Below are positions 14,361 to 28,430 of a DNA stretch of 64,000 nt, one piece after another; position 1 is the stretch's first letter, and the number at the start of each line of letters is the position of its first letter. The stretch comes from Tubulanus polymorphus. Lineage: Eukaryota; Animalia; Nemertea. A program made the position numbers and the translations under genes. The stretch covers positions 25,516,150-25,580,149 of the forward strand of contig NC_134026.1 of NCBI RefSeq assembly GCF_964204645.1, in the 5' to 3' direction. The notes beneath the pieces were generated by a model that did no database searches, had not been told where the DNA came from, and saw nothing but the letters and a program-made list of their open reading frames with translations.

Positions 14361-15807
14361 CTGAAATTATGGAGCATTATCGCTGGACACATAAGGTCAG
14401 ATTTCTGCCAGCTTTCTTAAAATAATTAGTTACAATCACAAGCAATCGTGGGTTACTTTGAATGGGTGCGCTGACATACGTGATCGACACAGATCCAAGT
14501 AAATCATCGTTGACATTTTTTATGCGATGAAAATTTTCTCTGCCTTATATATCCGCAGGCACATAGATGGTCAGTATCGCAGGTTTCTGTTACCGTGTGA
14601 TGCCGCATCCCTATCATCTCGGTAGAATCATCCATTCCGTGGGGAGTCTGGTGATCAGGTTCTATCGTGATCATGAAATCATTTCAAAATGACCAACGCG
14701 TATAAATAAATTTTGTCTCATCGAAACAATAGCTTCGGTTCGGGTGTTGGCAAATCGGAAAAGCTCAACTGAATTCTATCGTTTTTTGACGCCGTAAAAA
14801 CCGTATAATGTTTATATACATTGTAACTACTATGCGTTATTTGAGGTGTTCCGTGTGAGTCCAGTTGCTTTACTCATCAATATTGGCGTTTCCAAATAAC
14901 AATTACAATTTTGAATTTTGGCGTTTATTTCATTTTTCTTAATTCGTATTTCATATTTGATAAATTGCAATAATTATGTGCATCGCGTCAATATATCAGG
15001 GTTAGACTGGTTGCCGGTCAATTTCAATTCAAAATCACTTTGTTGATTTTTAACATTATATGATTCATAGCTTCTGGTTGAAGCTTATCACGCTCGGAAC
15101 TAAATTCATCCCGCGTTTACGAAACAACACACCAGTTTCTGTTTGAAAAGGCAATAATTATAATTTGTGGCCCACTCAAAGCTATCTAACGTTACCGATA
15201 AGACCAGTTCAGCTTCCAAGCTCTCATGACAACAATGACATTTATAGTGATAGAGATATAAAATATTGCCAACATTTTGCCGGCCCATTTCAAATTAGCC
15301 GACGAGGTGCCAATTGTTTATGGCATATCGTACCTGTGTTTCTCAATTTCCTCTGATTAAAACGTCTATAAATGTCAAAGACGTCGATGGCCTTAATCTT
15401 AATAATCATAACGAATGTTAGGGCACATATTGCGATGAATTCCAGCAGAAAATTTTCAATTTGACGCAGACGTAACTCTTCGTTAGCTACAACATCTCAT
15501 TAGCATATTTCGTCAGCAGCGCGTGAAAAACTTCTTCCCGGGTTCAAATACAGGTAAGAATCATTAGAAATCACTTCATACCAGAGGTGACTGACTCCCA
15601 ATTAAAAAAGCCCAGGTCGATTTACTGTTTAAATGAATATGAATGTCCGTCTAGGTTGTGTACAGAATGATAAAGCTTGAATCGGAGTTAACAGATTAAG
15701 GCGATGATTTAATGTAATGGTCATCTGCTCTTTTTTATGTTCGCGATTGTGAAACTTTTACATCTTCTTCACTTCCTTTAACCGGGCTATTGGTATGCTA
15801 ATCCGAC

Positions 15808-16424
15808 TGGTCACTTCTTTTCGCGAGTCATAAATCAACTTTAATGGACACCCCCGTGGTACTTAACACAATGTAATTTTCTTCTGAGGAGCTCACTGAA
15901 ATTAGGCAGGCAGCATCAAACTCGCGAGTCCGGTGGCCATTAACTTTGACGTCAGTGGCCATTCGAAGATTTACAACTACCACCGGGGAGTGAACGCCGC
16001 GAAAAAATACTGACCAAAAACGGCTGCTACATTTCATCAATTTCACATTGTCTGTGCTGGCCACGTCTTTTCCAATCTCAAGGTGTTATTATATGCGAGA
16101 TTAAAAGTGAGCAAGCGAGCCCCCGGGGATTACAAATGGACGCTTTCTGTTGCTATGCCGATGAAACGGTGTTTCAGAAATTTGCAGCGAGACCGTCGAT
16201 ATTGGTCACTTGTGAAACGAGGGACCATAAATCACATGAAGATTGAATTTAATGGACACGACTCAGCGAGCGCTGTGTAGTTAAGGAGATGTAATTTTCT
16301 CTGGAGTAGCCAGTGAAATTACATAGTAGACGGTGATTGCTTCAACTCGAATGACCATTAGTTCTTCGCTGATAAACTCCACGTGAGATTTAACACGAAA
16401 TGCTCAAATCGATGACCAACGGCC
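15808..16424. repeat. Diverged direct duplication of a ~220-bp motif-rich block (15808-16024 vs 16203-16424)
   Basis: Colinear shared words: TGGTCACTT (15808/16203), CATAAATCA (15829/16226), TTTAATGGACAC (15840/16248), ATGTAATTTTCT (15871/16289), TGAAATTA (15897/16314), TGRCCATTA (15934/16352), TGACCAA (16011/16413). Confidence 0.75.
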
Positions 16425-19400
16425 ATAAAAAATCCGCACACGTTTAATGCGCAGCGTCGAGGTAGAATGAGTAACAAAATTATCGACGACTGATTTAAGG
16501 CTACCTTGTTAGTGGCGCATCAAGGTTTTACCGTACAAGTACAACATCGAATATATACATACATATGTACGAACGATGGGTGAAAATATCCTGCTGCCTT
16601 GTGATTAAGATCAGAGACTGATAAAAAAAGGTCGTCGATGGTCGCCGACTTGATTACGACGCGTTCGACTTCATGCTAACAGTGATTAAAAGTAACTATT
16701 GGCGACATCACAACATTTTGGCACAAACTGGACTTCACTAAAACCCCCTGTTTCGCTGCCGGCAGGTGTCGTGGGTTTGTAAGGGACACTAAATCAAAGC
16801 AAATCAAACAAAATCTATACCAATAAAATAAATAACAGGGTCAATCCCTATTCTAAGCTCAAAGACAAAGAGTTTGTTCATGGTCGTATTGGAACTTCTA
16901 TATACCCGTCATGTCCATCTAGCTACACATCTGAACGTTATTGATTTGGACATGAAATTAAACAACAAAACTAATATCTTGAAACCCCTGCAAACCAACA
17001 ACAATAAACCGATGGTTTATTATGTCATCCCTTGACATGGTTCATTCGTTACACACCCAATAGATCTTTTTTATTATCGCACGCATTCTTTAGCACGACT
17101 TGCAGTTATGGTACAGTTGCAACAAATCAGTTTCTTTTCTGGCATTACTTGATTGAAATTCTGGATGGTAATTTCATCAGAAAGAGCTCAGCGGTCAGTG
17201 ACGAACATCTTACACTGTCGAAACTAGTTTGTTTTATCGCTTGCAGGGCACGCGTAATGAGCTCGACATATCGTAGCACTTCAGACGCGCATGTGGCCGT
17301 GGTCATCAAAATCCCTTTCGAATTGACCGTCATGAATCGGCTAATACCTTCATTTCAGTACCCGCGATGCGTCATACTATCAAAGACCAATGGAAAATGA
17401 ATCAAATGTAATTATGTGCACATATCTGTTATCATGCGTCCTTGTTGGTTGCATCTCGATTGACGGTGTTACGAGTAAAGGTCATTGTAGGATCTTACAA
17501 GACTTTTCTGAGGATTAATCGCAACGAGAATCAGCTGAAAATACACTGGGGATGTTTGTTTAACAAAAATGACCACTCCGTTTCCACTGACCACGGCTTT
17601 ATTGTATTTGTAATCTGGCGAATGCGACCGATTTCTAATGAGGCAGCAAGCAAACGTTGATTCCTTCTGCTGACAAGGAAGATTTCGCCCCGTTTGCCCA
17701 GCTGATCCCTTCGTAATTGAAAATGTATTTAATGGTCAGTGCGATTTGTCAGTGGGTTTGTGGCCATCTCATTTGTGTTGAGCTTTGTTGCAATTTGTTT
17801 ATGGATTTGTTTACACAGTCTAATGATACAGGGTGTTATCATTCGTCTTCGGATCAAAGAAAACAAACCAAAGCTGACCGTTCACAAATATTCGTCATCA
17901 ATTTCGACGCTGATCACCAAAATCTCATTTATTCAATGCTACTCTATGCAGCCACTAATCGAGAACACACACGATATCCATCTTTGTTTTAAGTTTCCTC
18001 AAACTCGGGGGGTCATAAATGGCTTTTTGATGCGTTCATTTTCCCCACAACCGCTTGAGCTGCAATAAGCTAGACTGCCATTCCAGCCACTATGGTTTCT
18101 TCGATATTTTTCACTATCCGTATAGTTCGACAGCTCTTGTAACAGCAGAAGCCAACAATCGCAAACTTTATGGTGAAAACCCGTGTTTTTGGAAAGACTT
18201 ATTAAGCGAAAACTAGAAATGCACCGAAGCGAAAGAATTACACTTCAATCGGTAATTATAGGCGTGTAAAACATGTAAAAGAACACGAGAAACCAAGCAG
18301 CAATGAAAATACAGTAAAATGACCATCATATCAAACCACACCCTGTCTTTATGATTTCTTCATCGAAATAAATCTATTATAAAATCTCGCTTTGAAGCCA
18401 ATGCAAGTGTTAAACGTAAATCTTCCGCATTCAATGCCGTGTAAAGCCCTGCAACTTTAGCAATCGAGCATCGAATAAACCAGGCAGCTATTATTTTCAT
18501 CACATCAAACGCGATTGATGAAAAAAAGCATTCAGAATTGCAGACACACCAAAACGTAATTCGTGCTGAATGCGTTTGATAAACAAAGATTATACCTATA
18601 TATGAAATCGGAATAAGCCGAATCTATTTGTTATAAATAGTGAACGTATTCGATCATGAGTACCATGAAATTCTAGTAAAGTTCCATCAAAAAAAGGGAT
18701 AGTGTACAATCGAAAGGGAATGTTTGCTATATTTCTATCACTTTTTTCATTATTCGGCTGACTTCTGACATGTTTATCGACAAAACGAACTTTTCGTGCG
18801 AGTCGGTGCCATACTCCATCAATAAAATACACGTCTAGCTTCCGAAAAAAGAAAAGTCATCGGACGAAAGATTGTCGCTTAGAATTATAGATAAATTGAC
18901 CACTTATATACTATCCAATCCAATAAACACGACTGTAGTCGCCGAACGCCTATCGGAGTCGGTGAGTTGAAGGCACGGCGGATCTTGTATTGATGTCAAA
19001 TACAGTCAGTTGAGAAAATCAGTCGTTACAGTGTGACAAAAATGATATGATTCCCATGGAAAATTGTACTGACCATTAAGTCACCGGCGAACATGGATTG
19101 CCAATGGTCACTCGAAAGTCGACGCGAAAAAACCACGTCTGAAGTGTTATTTTCCGATACTGGAATGTTGTTGAAGGCGGAAAAATTATTTCCGATGTCG
19201 AATGCAACTTAGCGACGAAAAACGATGGTTACATCTCGTGTATTCATACCAGGTGTTACAAGAGGTCTGATAAATCATGGACATTTCAAGAATACTCAAT
19301 TTCCATTCAGTGTTTTTGTGCAGTAACCATATATATATATGTATATACACAATACACATGGTTTATCGTTGCAAGCAATTACAAAAATGTACCAATGATA

Positions 19401-22400
19401 ATAATACGCTCAGTTTTAGATCTTGTTACATTTTTTTCTTTCATTTTTGCGGGTGTCCCCGAAGTCCATTTTGAGGTAATTCATTTTGTAAGTGATGTTT
19501 TATAAACATATTTTTCAGGGCAGAAATGATAGTCATAAATCAGAGTAGCGACCTACTGTTTATGTGTAACAGTAATAATAAGCCTTCTCTAACGATATAA
19601 TCATTGAGATGTGAATAATATCCATAAAACTCGACAAATAAGTTTACAAGCCATCGGGGGCAATCTTACTCAGAAAGCTAATATCATCATCGAGAAATTA
19701 TCAAAATCAATTGCGGCCACCATTAAAAAACAAAGGTTCCCAGACACGGAAAGCTATTAACTGTGGCCGAACTGTAATAGTTTGGCAATGACGGTAATAA
19801 CTTTAATTTGCTGCATAATTACTTTGGGACTTTGATACCAAGCAAATGTTAATCAGTAAATTATTGTCAATATGGACCAACCATGCCGGAATGCATTTAT
19901 TTTTAATAATCATTGTTTTTTTGGATGAAATTAGACTCCTTTTCAAGATCCGTCGATGATTTCAAGTATATATGCATATAGAATCATTTCTAGCCGCGGA
20001 CTGCTAAGTCTAAAGGTTCGTTAGTGTATTTTTCAAAACAAAATATGTTGAATGGTAAGGACGTTGAGTAGGCAGATTGGACGCTTATTCTCGGGAAATA
20101 CGTACTAATTACATACCGAGTGGATAATTCTAAAGTTTATCCGGGTGAAATTCAGCCAAGTATCATTTAAACACCTCCAACACACGTACACGCATATTGT
20201 TTAACTATCCTAATATTTCCGTAAGCGGCACTGCTTGAAATTCGAACAAAGCTTTTAAAATCGTTCAAAAGCCCCATTCATCAACCCAATATCGGAAGGT
20301 GATATTTCAATGAGCGCATTAAAGCCAACTCGTAAACAGAAATCTGCGTACATTCTTTCAAGTAGTTTCCGTAATGAAACATCCAGTGTTTAATACACTC
20401 ACGTTTTTATCGCTCTCATATAAACGCTGCAATTTTTCGATACAGTTAATTTTCAGCTTTCATGTCCCGCGGATCCCGTATATACCTAATTTTGTACCGG
20501 GTAGAATCGGTTAGAGACGCGCGAAGAAAGGTCACCAATTCATGCCTTTGATGTTCGAAGCTTTCTGCGCGTACAAGTGATTAACGTTGATCCCGTTTTA
20601 ACGCATTAGTGAAGGATTATTGAAATTTAGAAGATCAAAAGTTGCTAATAACTCGAGGGAAGGCGACAGCGAAAGTAGTGAACTCCCAAGGATTTGGTTT
20701 TCTATTTCAAATCGAGCCACGTGCAATGACCAGTTTGGTAGCGAACAAAAATAAGAATCACTCATTACAGGTTTGAAAAAGAGAACACATTTTGTAGATA
20801 CAGATCTGGATAGATAAAGATGAAAAATTTTTCCATTTCAGAGATCATACTTCGCCTACGAAATTACCACGAGTTATCCATTCTAATTGACAAAGATGAT
20901 AGTAATTTTAGACGACGTAGCAAGATGGTAGGAAAAACTAATCCCGATTACATACGAGCCCCATACAGCGAGAGAGATCTCAGTGTCCAATACAACCTTC
21001 ATAATCGCGTATTCACAAACGAAAGCAACCATTCAAAAATTATATAATTGACTGCAGCAAATCGCTGCAAAGTTCAGATCATCGGACCCGTCACGCGATC
21101 ATGTAAAATTAAAAGAACGCCACAAATATGAAAACGTCGGGAGTCACGGATTCAGTGATTGCATTGGAAACCGCCGAGATTCATTAGCAGGCATTCATTC
21201 ACCAGTGGCTTTCAGTGAATCACCAGGATTCAAGACGGAACTGCCGACATATCCGTATAGTCAAGAAGGTGCCGCCATCTGCGATGTCGAAAGATTCGCG
21301 CTATAGAATATGATAATACCGCGAACTAATAAGGAGTTCATCTGATTCGTATAAATCTCAAAGAAATCGACTGTTGAATAGCTATCATAAATTCTATTAG
21401 AAAAATGATAAATAAATTTCAAGTTCACAATACGATCTGAATTTTTTCATTTGACACGACGTGGCGTCAGCTTGCGTATTCTTCTTTCATTGAAATCTAA
21501 AGGCGTGGATAAAGAAACGCGTATAGATTTTTTAAAGGCCACATTGGAATCTTCAATTTCAATGAGAACTATAGACTGATACAATCTGTGCGATGCGTGC
21601 TATTCAATCAAGATCAGCATGCCTGGTGATCTTTGAATGGATATTTCATGTTGGTATAGTTTCATTTTCATATGAAATTTCTCTGAAAAGCTTTCTGGAC
21701 TGAGACATGATCGATCGTTTCATCTCAAGCTGACTGATGCCCGGTGATGCCACATGTTCTTAACGAGCTGCCGCGAAAGATATCGACGAATAGTTCATAC
21801 TAAAATAAAAAGATTGTAAAGATGTTTTCATTGTAACGAATGAACTGTCTTTTGCTATTGAATTCAGCGTTACAATCTGTGCGGGATCTTTTATTATTCA
21901 TTTTTTGTGTATTTTGAAAAATAAAATCTGCTACACGCACGTAACGTCAAAACATTTTTCAGAGAAGTGGGAATAGAAGTTTGAGCATTTTAACCATACC
22001 GAAACGCCTAAAATATCTATCAATTGTGAATTTGGATCATTCAGCGAGCTATTTTGACCAAACATCGTATTACACGTTTAGATATTCAGATTGTCTCTGC
22101 GTAAATTCGCAGAATGTCAGACATAAATATATATTCTCTCGGTGTTTAAAAATGATAAGTTAAGACAATTCTCGACCTTTGAATAATACAATTGTTAAGA
22201 TTATTCTACAGTTATAATCATAATATTGGATGAAAGCAATGATAACCGGTAGATACATGCACCTTTGAAGCGATGAATGCTGATTATGACACGATTTCGG
22301 TAATGCAATAACACAGATATATCGACAGTGCAAAAAATGAAGGCCATCGCCGTACTCCCTGAGTTCATTAAGTACACTTTTCTTTCAGACAAACCGCAGG

Positions 22401-22568
22401 TTCTATTGGTGGAAACATCACGATGGGATGCTATTTTTTCTAAAAAGAGTTTATGGAAAACGACGATAGTTGAATGTAGCCTAGGATATGTAATCCAGGA
22501 TGCTAGAGATGATATGTAATCTTTAAGTGCAGCTCTTCGTCAATCTATTTTTCTTAATTCGATACACT

Positions 22569-22802
22569 TTAAGGCGGCTTGAAAATGTAAAATGAAATTC
22601 AACTCCGCCGATAAATTTGCACTTGTTGAAATATCGTATGAAGATATATCGGTTTCCATAAATTTTCGAACCGTCGTGAAATACGATGGCATCCCGTGTG
22701 AAGTGTGCTTTAAACGCTCACTCGATACAAATACAGCACGTGATAAATTCCATTTAATTATTGAAATAATTTAGACGAATTTTCAAGTCAACAGCCCTTT
22801 AA
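22569..22802. mobile_element. Degenerate TTAA-flanked foldback element (Kolobok/piggyBac-like MITE remnant)
   Basis: Left end TTAAGGCGGCTTGAAAAT; right end ATTTTCAAGTCAACAGCCCTTTAA (reverse complement TTAAAGGGCTGTTGACTTGAAAAT). Weaker inverted similarity continues inward. Confidence 0.35.
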
Positions 22803-25800
22803 GATATAGATTTTAGCAAAAGAATCTAGCTAGCTTGTAGGGCTCTTCGACTGAATTATTACACTGAAGTGGCAACATGCAACTCCAGTAATTGTAGAGA
22901 CAAAAAAATAGCCGTACCGCTGATTTTTGTAAGTGGATTTAACAAATTTACATAACACTCGATAAAGCGAGTCTCGTTAATATAATTTCCTTAGGGTTGA
23001 AATATAGGACGATATCAAAAGCAGGGTGAGAGCTGGGCCGGGGTCGCACCTGGTGACTGCTGCTGCTGTTTAGTGATAGTGGGGATAGTCTGGACTGAAT
23101 TCCTCGATGTGACAGGAAACAAGTCACACTTACAACTGTGTCTAAGGTGATGTCTATCAAACTGCGGGACTGGGCCGAACCCATCCTAACCCCGACTTGA
23201 CAATGCCATGGAACCTAATAATTGAAATTTGTGACAGACTTGACTTGACCGTTGGTCAACTCCGGGACTCCGAATGATTTTTGACTGGTCACTAATCACT
23301 ACTGCTGTAAATGGGGCTGGCCACTCCTGGCCAGACTCCCTGTTGGACACTCAGTTGATTAGAAATCTAAGCATACGTTGCGTCCCTTTTTAGCCAGTCA
23401 AAACGTTGATAAAAATGTCAATCGCGAAACTACCAGAAGACCTGTCAAATTGTTTCTTTCTATATATAAATCTCTAGCAAATACCCAATAGCCAGCCGAA
23501 ATTAACCACGCGTGGACTAGTGGGAATGAAATTCACTCAAAATTATTCCGATCTGGTCAAAAGAACGATTTTCGTATTCGATAAACGTAGCGAAATGTGG
23601 ATTCTTGTGTTTGTGCGCTGCCCGATCTAGATCATGTTCTGCATACGCATGTCCGTTCTCAACACAATTATTGGTCTTGATGGAATTATTTGACATAAAT
23701 TTTCACAATCTTAGATTAACAGCGTCTCGGTACGCCGATCCCTCTACACCGATGCGGACACCAATTAAACTTGAACTGCCTTCTCCAGTCACCAGTTATA
23801 TTACCCTAACCTAATCTGTAGTCGAACATTAATATCAGCCATTAGCTCGGAACGGAGTGAAAATTCAAGGTGTCGTTCACTAGTAAGAAATACGATGTTA
23901 CATCTGAACTAACTGCTTATATCCTCCCTCAGTCGTAAGGCCTTCTTTTATAATGTATATAATATAGTCTAAAACAGCCACACCTTACCAAAATGGAAAC
24001 ATCTCTGAACGCTAAAGGATAATCACCAGCCTCAATTAGCAGTTTGTATTCCATAAATATCACCTGTGCTCGGCTATTCATGGTTATTTCATTCTAAACA
24101 AAATTCACGCTTTCCAGCCTTTGTTCGATTGTAATTGGATGCCTCGCTCTCAAGGGTTTCTTATTGACGCAGGACATCAATAAACCGACGTGTAAAACTT
24201 TGAAATAAAAAACACCTATTCGAAATTATCGCAAATCGCGAGATAAAGACGTCTAGCGATAAAGTTTAAACAAAAGAGTCCGCAGAGAGATGCGACACTG
24301 GCGGCTCACTGCAGGGCTTCAAAAACTCACCGAGTAACGAACGCAAAATAACAAGGGAATTAAATAGAGCCATTTACAATGCGATTTAATGAACAAAACA
24401 TGAATCCGAACGAAAGCGAGTGCGCTACATCGCTGTGACTTCCCAAACTATTATTGAACATTCTCTCTGGCGCCTTCAGACAGAACTGTCGACGACAGAT
24501 TTGGCAGTTTTGGAACTGATTCCTTTTGTTCCTGAACTTGATACATTTCGGTAAATTGAAAGAGGAGTTTACGATTTGAAACAGGGAAAGTTCGCGCGAT
24601 TTACTACGAAGAGTCCCAGCATGGATTGATTATGTTATAGAGTGTGTACAAATGAAACGGTTTTTAGAGTAAACATTTTCAAAACATTTTCTCTCGGTCG
24701 ATATTTCTCACTTTATTCATTTATTACTGTTTATTTATCGAGCTTCACTGAAGCGTGCTTGTGAAATTTTAACGAAGCGAATTGTATCTATTGAATGCCA
24801 TGCCATTAGCTTTAATTCAAAATTCCATTCATCTGCATCAAAGTTTGCATATTTAATAAACGCAGTGCATTACAAAATCCAATATTGTTAATCCATTCTG
24901 TGAAAACTTTCGACTTTAAAGTGTAATTGAGTGGACAATTAGAATACCCCGCATGCACCGTCGAACGTTAAATAGAGTCTACCTGCGATGATAGACAAGA
25001 GATATCTATTTTCATTCAATTGTTTACAAGTTCCGATGAAACGAGTGGAATTGTGATGGCCGAAATGAAAGTGGTTTCATATCCTACAGGTTTTATGTTA
25101 GGGCCATATGGTGCTGACACCTGGCTGTGTAAATCAAACCGCCTATGCCTATATCGATCATTACGGGGGTGGTGCAGGGGTCATTCTTTATCCACTAACT
25201 CGGGGCTGAAGCATTTTTGTACTCAGTTTTCAGTCTCCGATGTTCTGAATAATTGAATGAGACGAGCCGAGCGTTTTTTAAGCTGTCAAACTCCTACAAA
25301 ATAAGCATGCGTCTTGTAATTGACATCCTTTTGAGAGGCATGCGATTTTGACAATGACTTTCCGTTTTCGTGTAATTAACTGACTTCACTGACGCAAATC
25401 AGTGTAAAAATCAGCTCATTAACGACGAAAAAAAATCACAATGCTCTAAATTCACGCGTTCTCATCCGATGACTAATCAAGACACCTCGTAATCAATATA
25501 ATGAGAAAGAAGATGGATTAATTACTTTTGTTTTTTGTCCGACGTTTTTTTTAATGACAAATCGTGGTCAGGACAAATTGCAACCGGCAGCTCGTGTACG
25601 AAAACACAGGGTAGATTGCGAAGAGCTCTTCAAGTCCCGCCTCGTTAGAATCACGCGTGTTGACAGCCACCAACGACTCGTCGCTACTGGTACTGCGACT
25701 GCAGAGATCTCCGCAGCACTGAACACTACCACACCAGTCAGTGAACTGATGGTGTTTTTTGCAAGTTGGCTATCATTCAAATGAAGATGTGAAAATTACC

Positions 25801-28324
25801 TTAATGAAGATCGCGCACAAAGCCGAATCGCCAATTACTGTAAAAATGAACGTCCGAAAATGTTGATTGCTACCTGATCACACCGCAGCGACTATACAGT
25901 TCGCGGAACATACATGCATTCATTATTGCATTCGAATAACAAATAAAATAGCTTCTTTTCACGTACATTTTTTTTCGTCAATATGACCACGTTTCGAAAA
26001 GGAACTTTAAACGCGTCAGAGCACCGTTGACTGCCTGTCGATGAAAAGAAATAATCTAGCAACCGCGTTTTTATCCCAACAGACGAAGATCGCGTGACGG
26101 CGAGGCTCAGAATTTTTAATCGGAGAATGAAATTTTTCTCTCTTGAAAATGATTAAATAATAAGCAGTTTACGTCCGTCACAGACGCGCCCGGCATATAC
26201 ACAACCATCTGGCTGACTTCCTATTTATCAACAACACTTTAATGCAGTCTTAATGCAAGTTTCATGTTATTAAAATCTCGAAGTCACGAAGGCGAATTAA
26301 ACCGAAGTGTGCATTAATCAGCGTTAATTGCGCGATTGAAAAGCTCTCATTCAATTGCGGCATCGTTACGAAATTTCCCCCTTTTACGAGGCGATTAATT
26401 GAAATTTAACGACTGACTTTGCTATCGACAAATTAAAACATAAGTCAATTCAAGTAACACGCTGTTCTCACTGGGGGATCACGAGGGGATGCTGGCTATG
26501 TTAATATGTTGAATGCGTCTATCGATGAAGTGTGTGGCTTTTTCCGAGAACAAGTTGCTAAGCATTGCCACCATTGAAATATAATAAAACATTCAGATTG
26601 ACTGCGAGATTAACAAAAAAAAAACAATGGCTAACGTTTGGTTTAGAAAGTGCTGCCATCTGTATCGTTTCGCATCGATGCACGTGACGCCCGAATAGTT
26701 TTGAGAGATGATGCAACAAGACGCTTATCTTCTATGTTATCAACTCCCGAGTCTCGGGGTGAATAGCCATAATCTCAATGCACAACGAACAAATATTTTA
26801 ATCAAATGACTTCATCTCCGATATTATCATTCATTCAGATTTGAAAGCGACCGCAATAAGGGATAATTACACGGCATTGAAATTTGCCGGAGTTAAATTA
26901 ACTGCTCCCATTAAAGCGCTTCAATTCACTCGCGTTAATGCAAATTCAATTTGTGAAAATCAGCGAGAGGCGCGTTGGGGATATGTGCGCGAAAAAGCCA
27001 GACTGTGCGGTTGCCTCAGGTAACGAAGTTGACGTGATTTGTCAGTTTGTTGGTATTTAAAACTAACGCCGTCGGTAAAAACCGACTAAATCGATTTGAA
27101 TTCAGAAAAGGAGATAAAACAACGATGATGGCTTTTGCACCCGTATTTACAAAGCTTTGCACAGATTATCTTCGGACACTCCACTAAGCAGGATTTTTAT
27201 CAGGCTTTTTTCAAAAAAGCACTGAAAAAGGTTGATGTTCTTTGAGAAATAGATTCGCAATTTTACTTTCTGGCACCATTCATTTTCAGTTCCATCTGCG
27301 CTTTTGTCTCATTATTTGCATCGGATGGAATATTTTTTACTCATACCGGCTGCCTTCATCACAAATTGCGCAGCGGGTTCGGATGAAAACGATTTCGAGT
27401 GATTTCATTCTCAATCGATTTTCATTTCAATTCGTCTGCTCAATGCACGGGATTCGGCGGGGTACCTGGCAGTCGACTAGCGTAGATATACAATTAAGAT
27501 AGTTTTCACGAGGCCCAATTTGCGATGGAAAAATAACACAATAAAGGATGCAATAAAAGAATTTGTTCAACCGACCAGAATAGCATTCATATTTAATAAA
27601 TAAAAATCAGTTGGTGAGAAAATTACGTACGACGATGCATAACGTTTTGTGAAACGCATTGAGGAAAAGGGTCATTTAGTAATGATCACAAAAGGGTACT
27701 TTTTAATCTACATTGAACGTAGTCAGTGCTGCGTGAACTGTCGTGTTTGTAACAGAACAAAAAAACCATTTTTCGCATGGCCAATTTTCCCGAAAGAGTA
27801 AATGAAATCGGAAATTTGAATGTTTTTCTTAATGACTATAATTTGATTCCGTTGCGACGTTATCATTTCTGGAAATATCAATGAAATAATTTTGTACGGT
27901 TTTCGCTTTGTTTTACTATATGTTTTCCGAAATGTCGCTTAACGCTGATCCTAAAATGTTCGAGAGTCCTTGTTCATGAAAGAAGCAGAATGTTAGATCA
28001 TCGGATTAGGATACTGCTTGTATATCAAGCATTTACACAGACTACACGGAACACAAGCTGGCTGCTCTATCACAGTCAGTGGCTGCTGGTGTTTTTTACG
28101 GCTGCTACAACAAGCATAGCGAACACGCCGATTCAAACGTGTCAAATATTCGCCGAGGAAGGCTCGTCAAACTTTGATAGACAAGACAATGGCACCCGGC
28201 GGACGATACGTCAGTAAAAACCAGGAGAAAACTGTATAATTACAACTTACGGTAGGTGTCCATTTATATATCCGACAACCGACTCGAATATCTGGTTTCT
28301 TTTCCATTCAGTGCGCCGAACAGT

Positions 28325-28430
28325 CAGTGGTGGCGGTAGTTAAAGTGCCAGTGTAGTAAATATACGTGCATCGCTCGGTAAACCAGTTTACCCCCTCAGT
28401 AAACTACTAATCCGATTTACTAATTTACTA
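28325..28430. mobile_element. Possible hAT-type MITE end remnant
   Basis: Begins CAGTGGTGGCGGTAGTTAA, followed by short TAGTAAA/TTTACTA/AAACTAC subterminal-like repeats. No partner TIR found. Confidence 0.2.
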
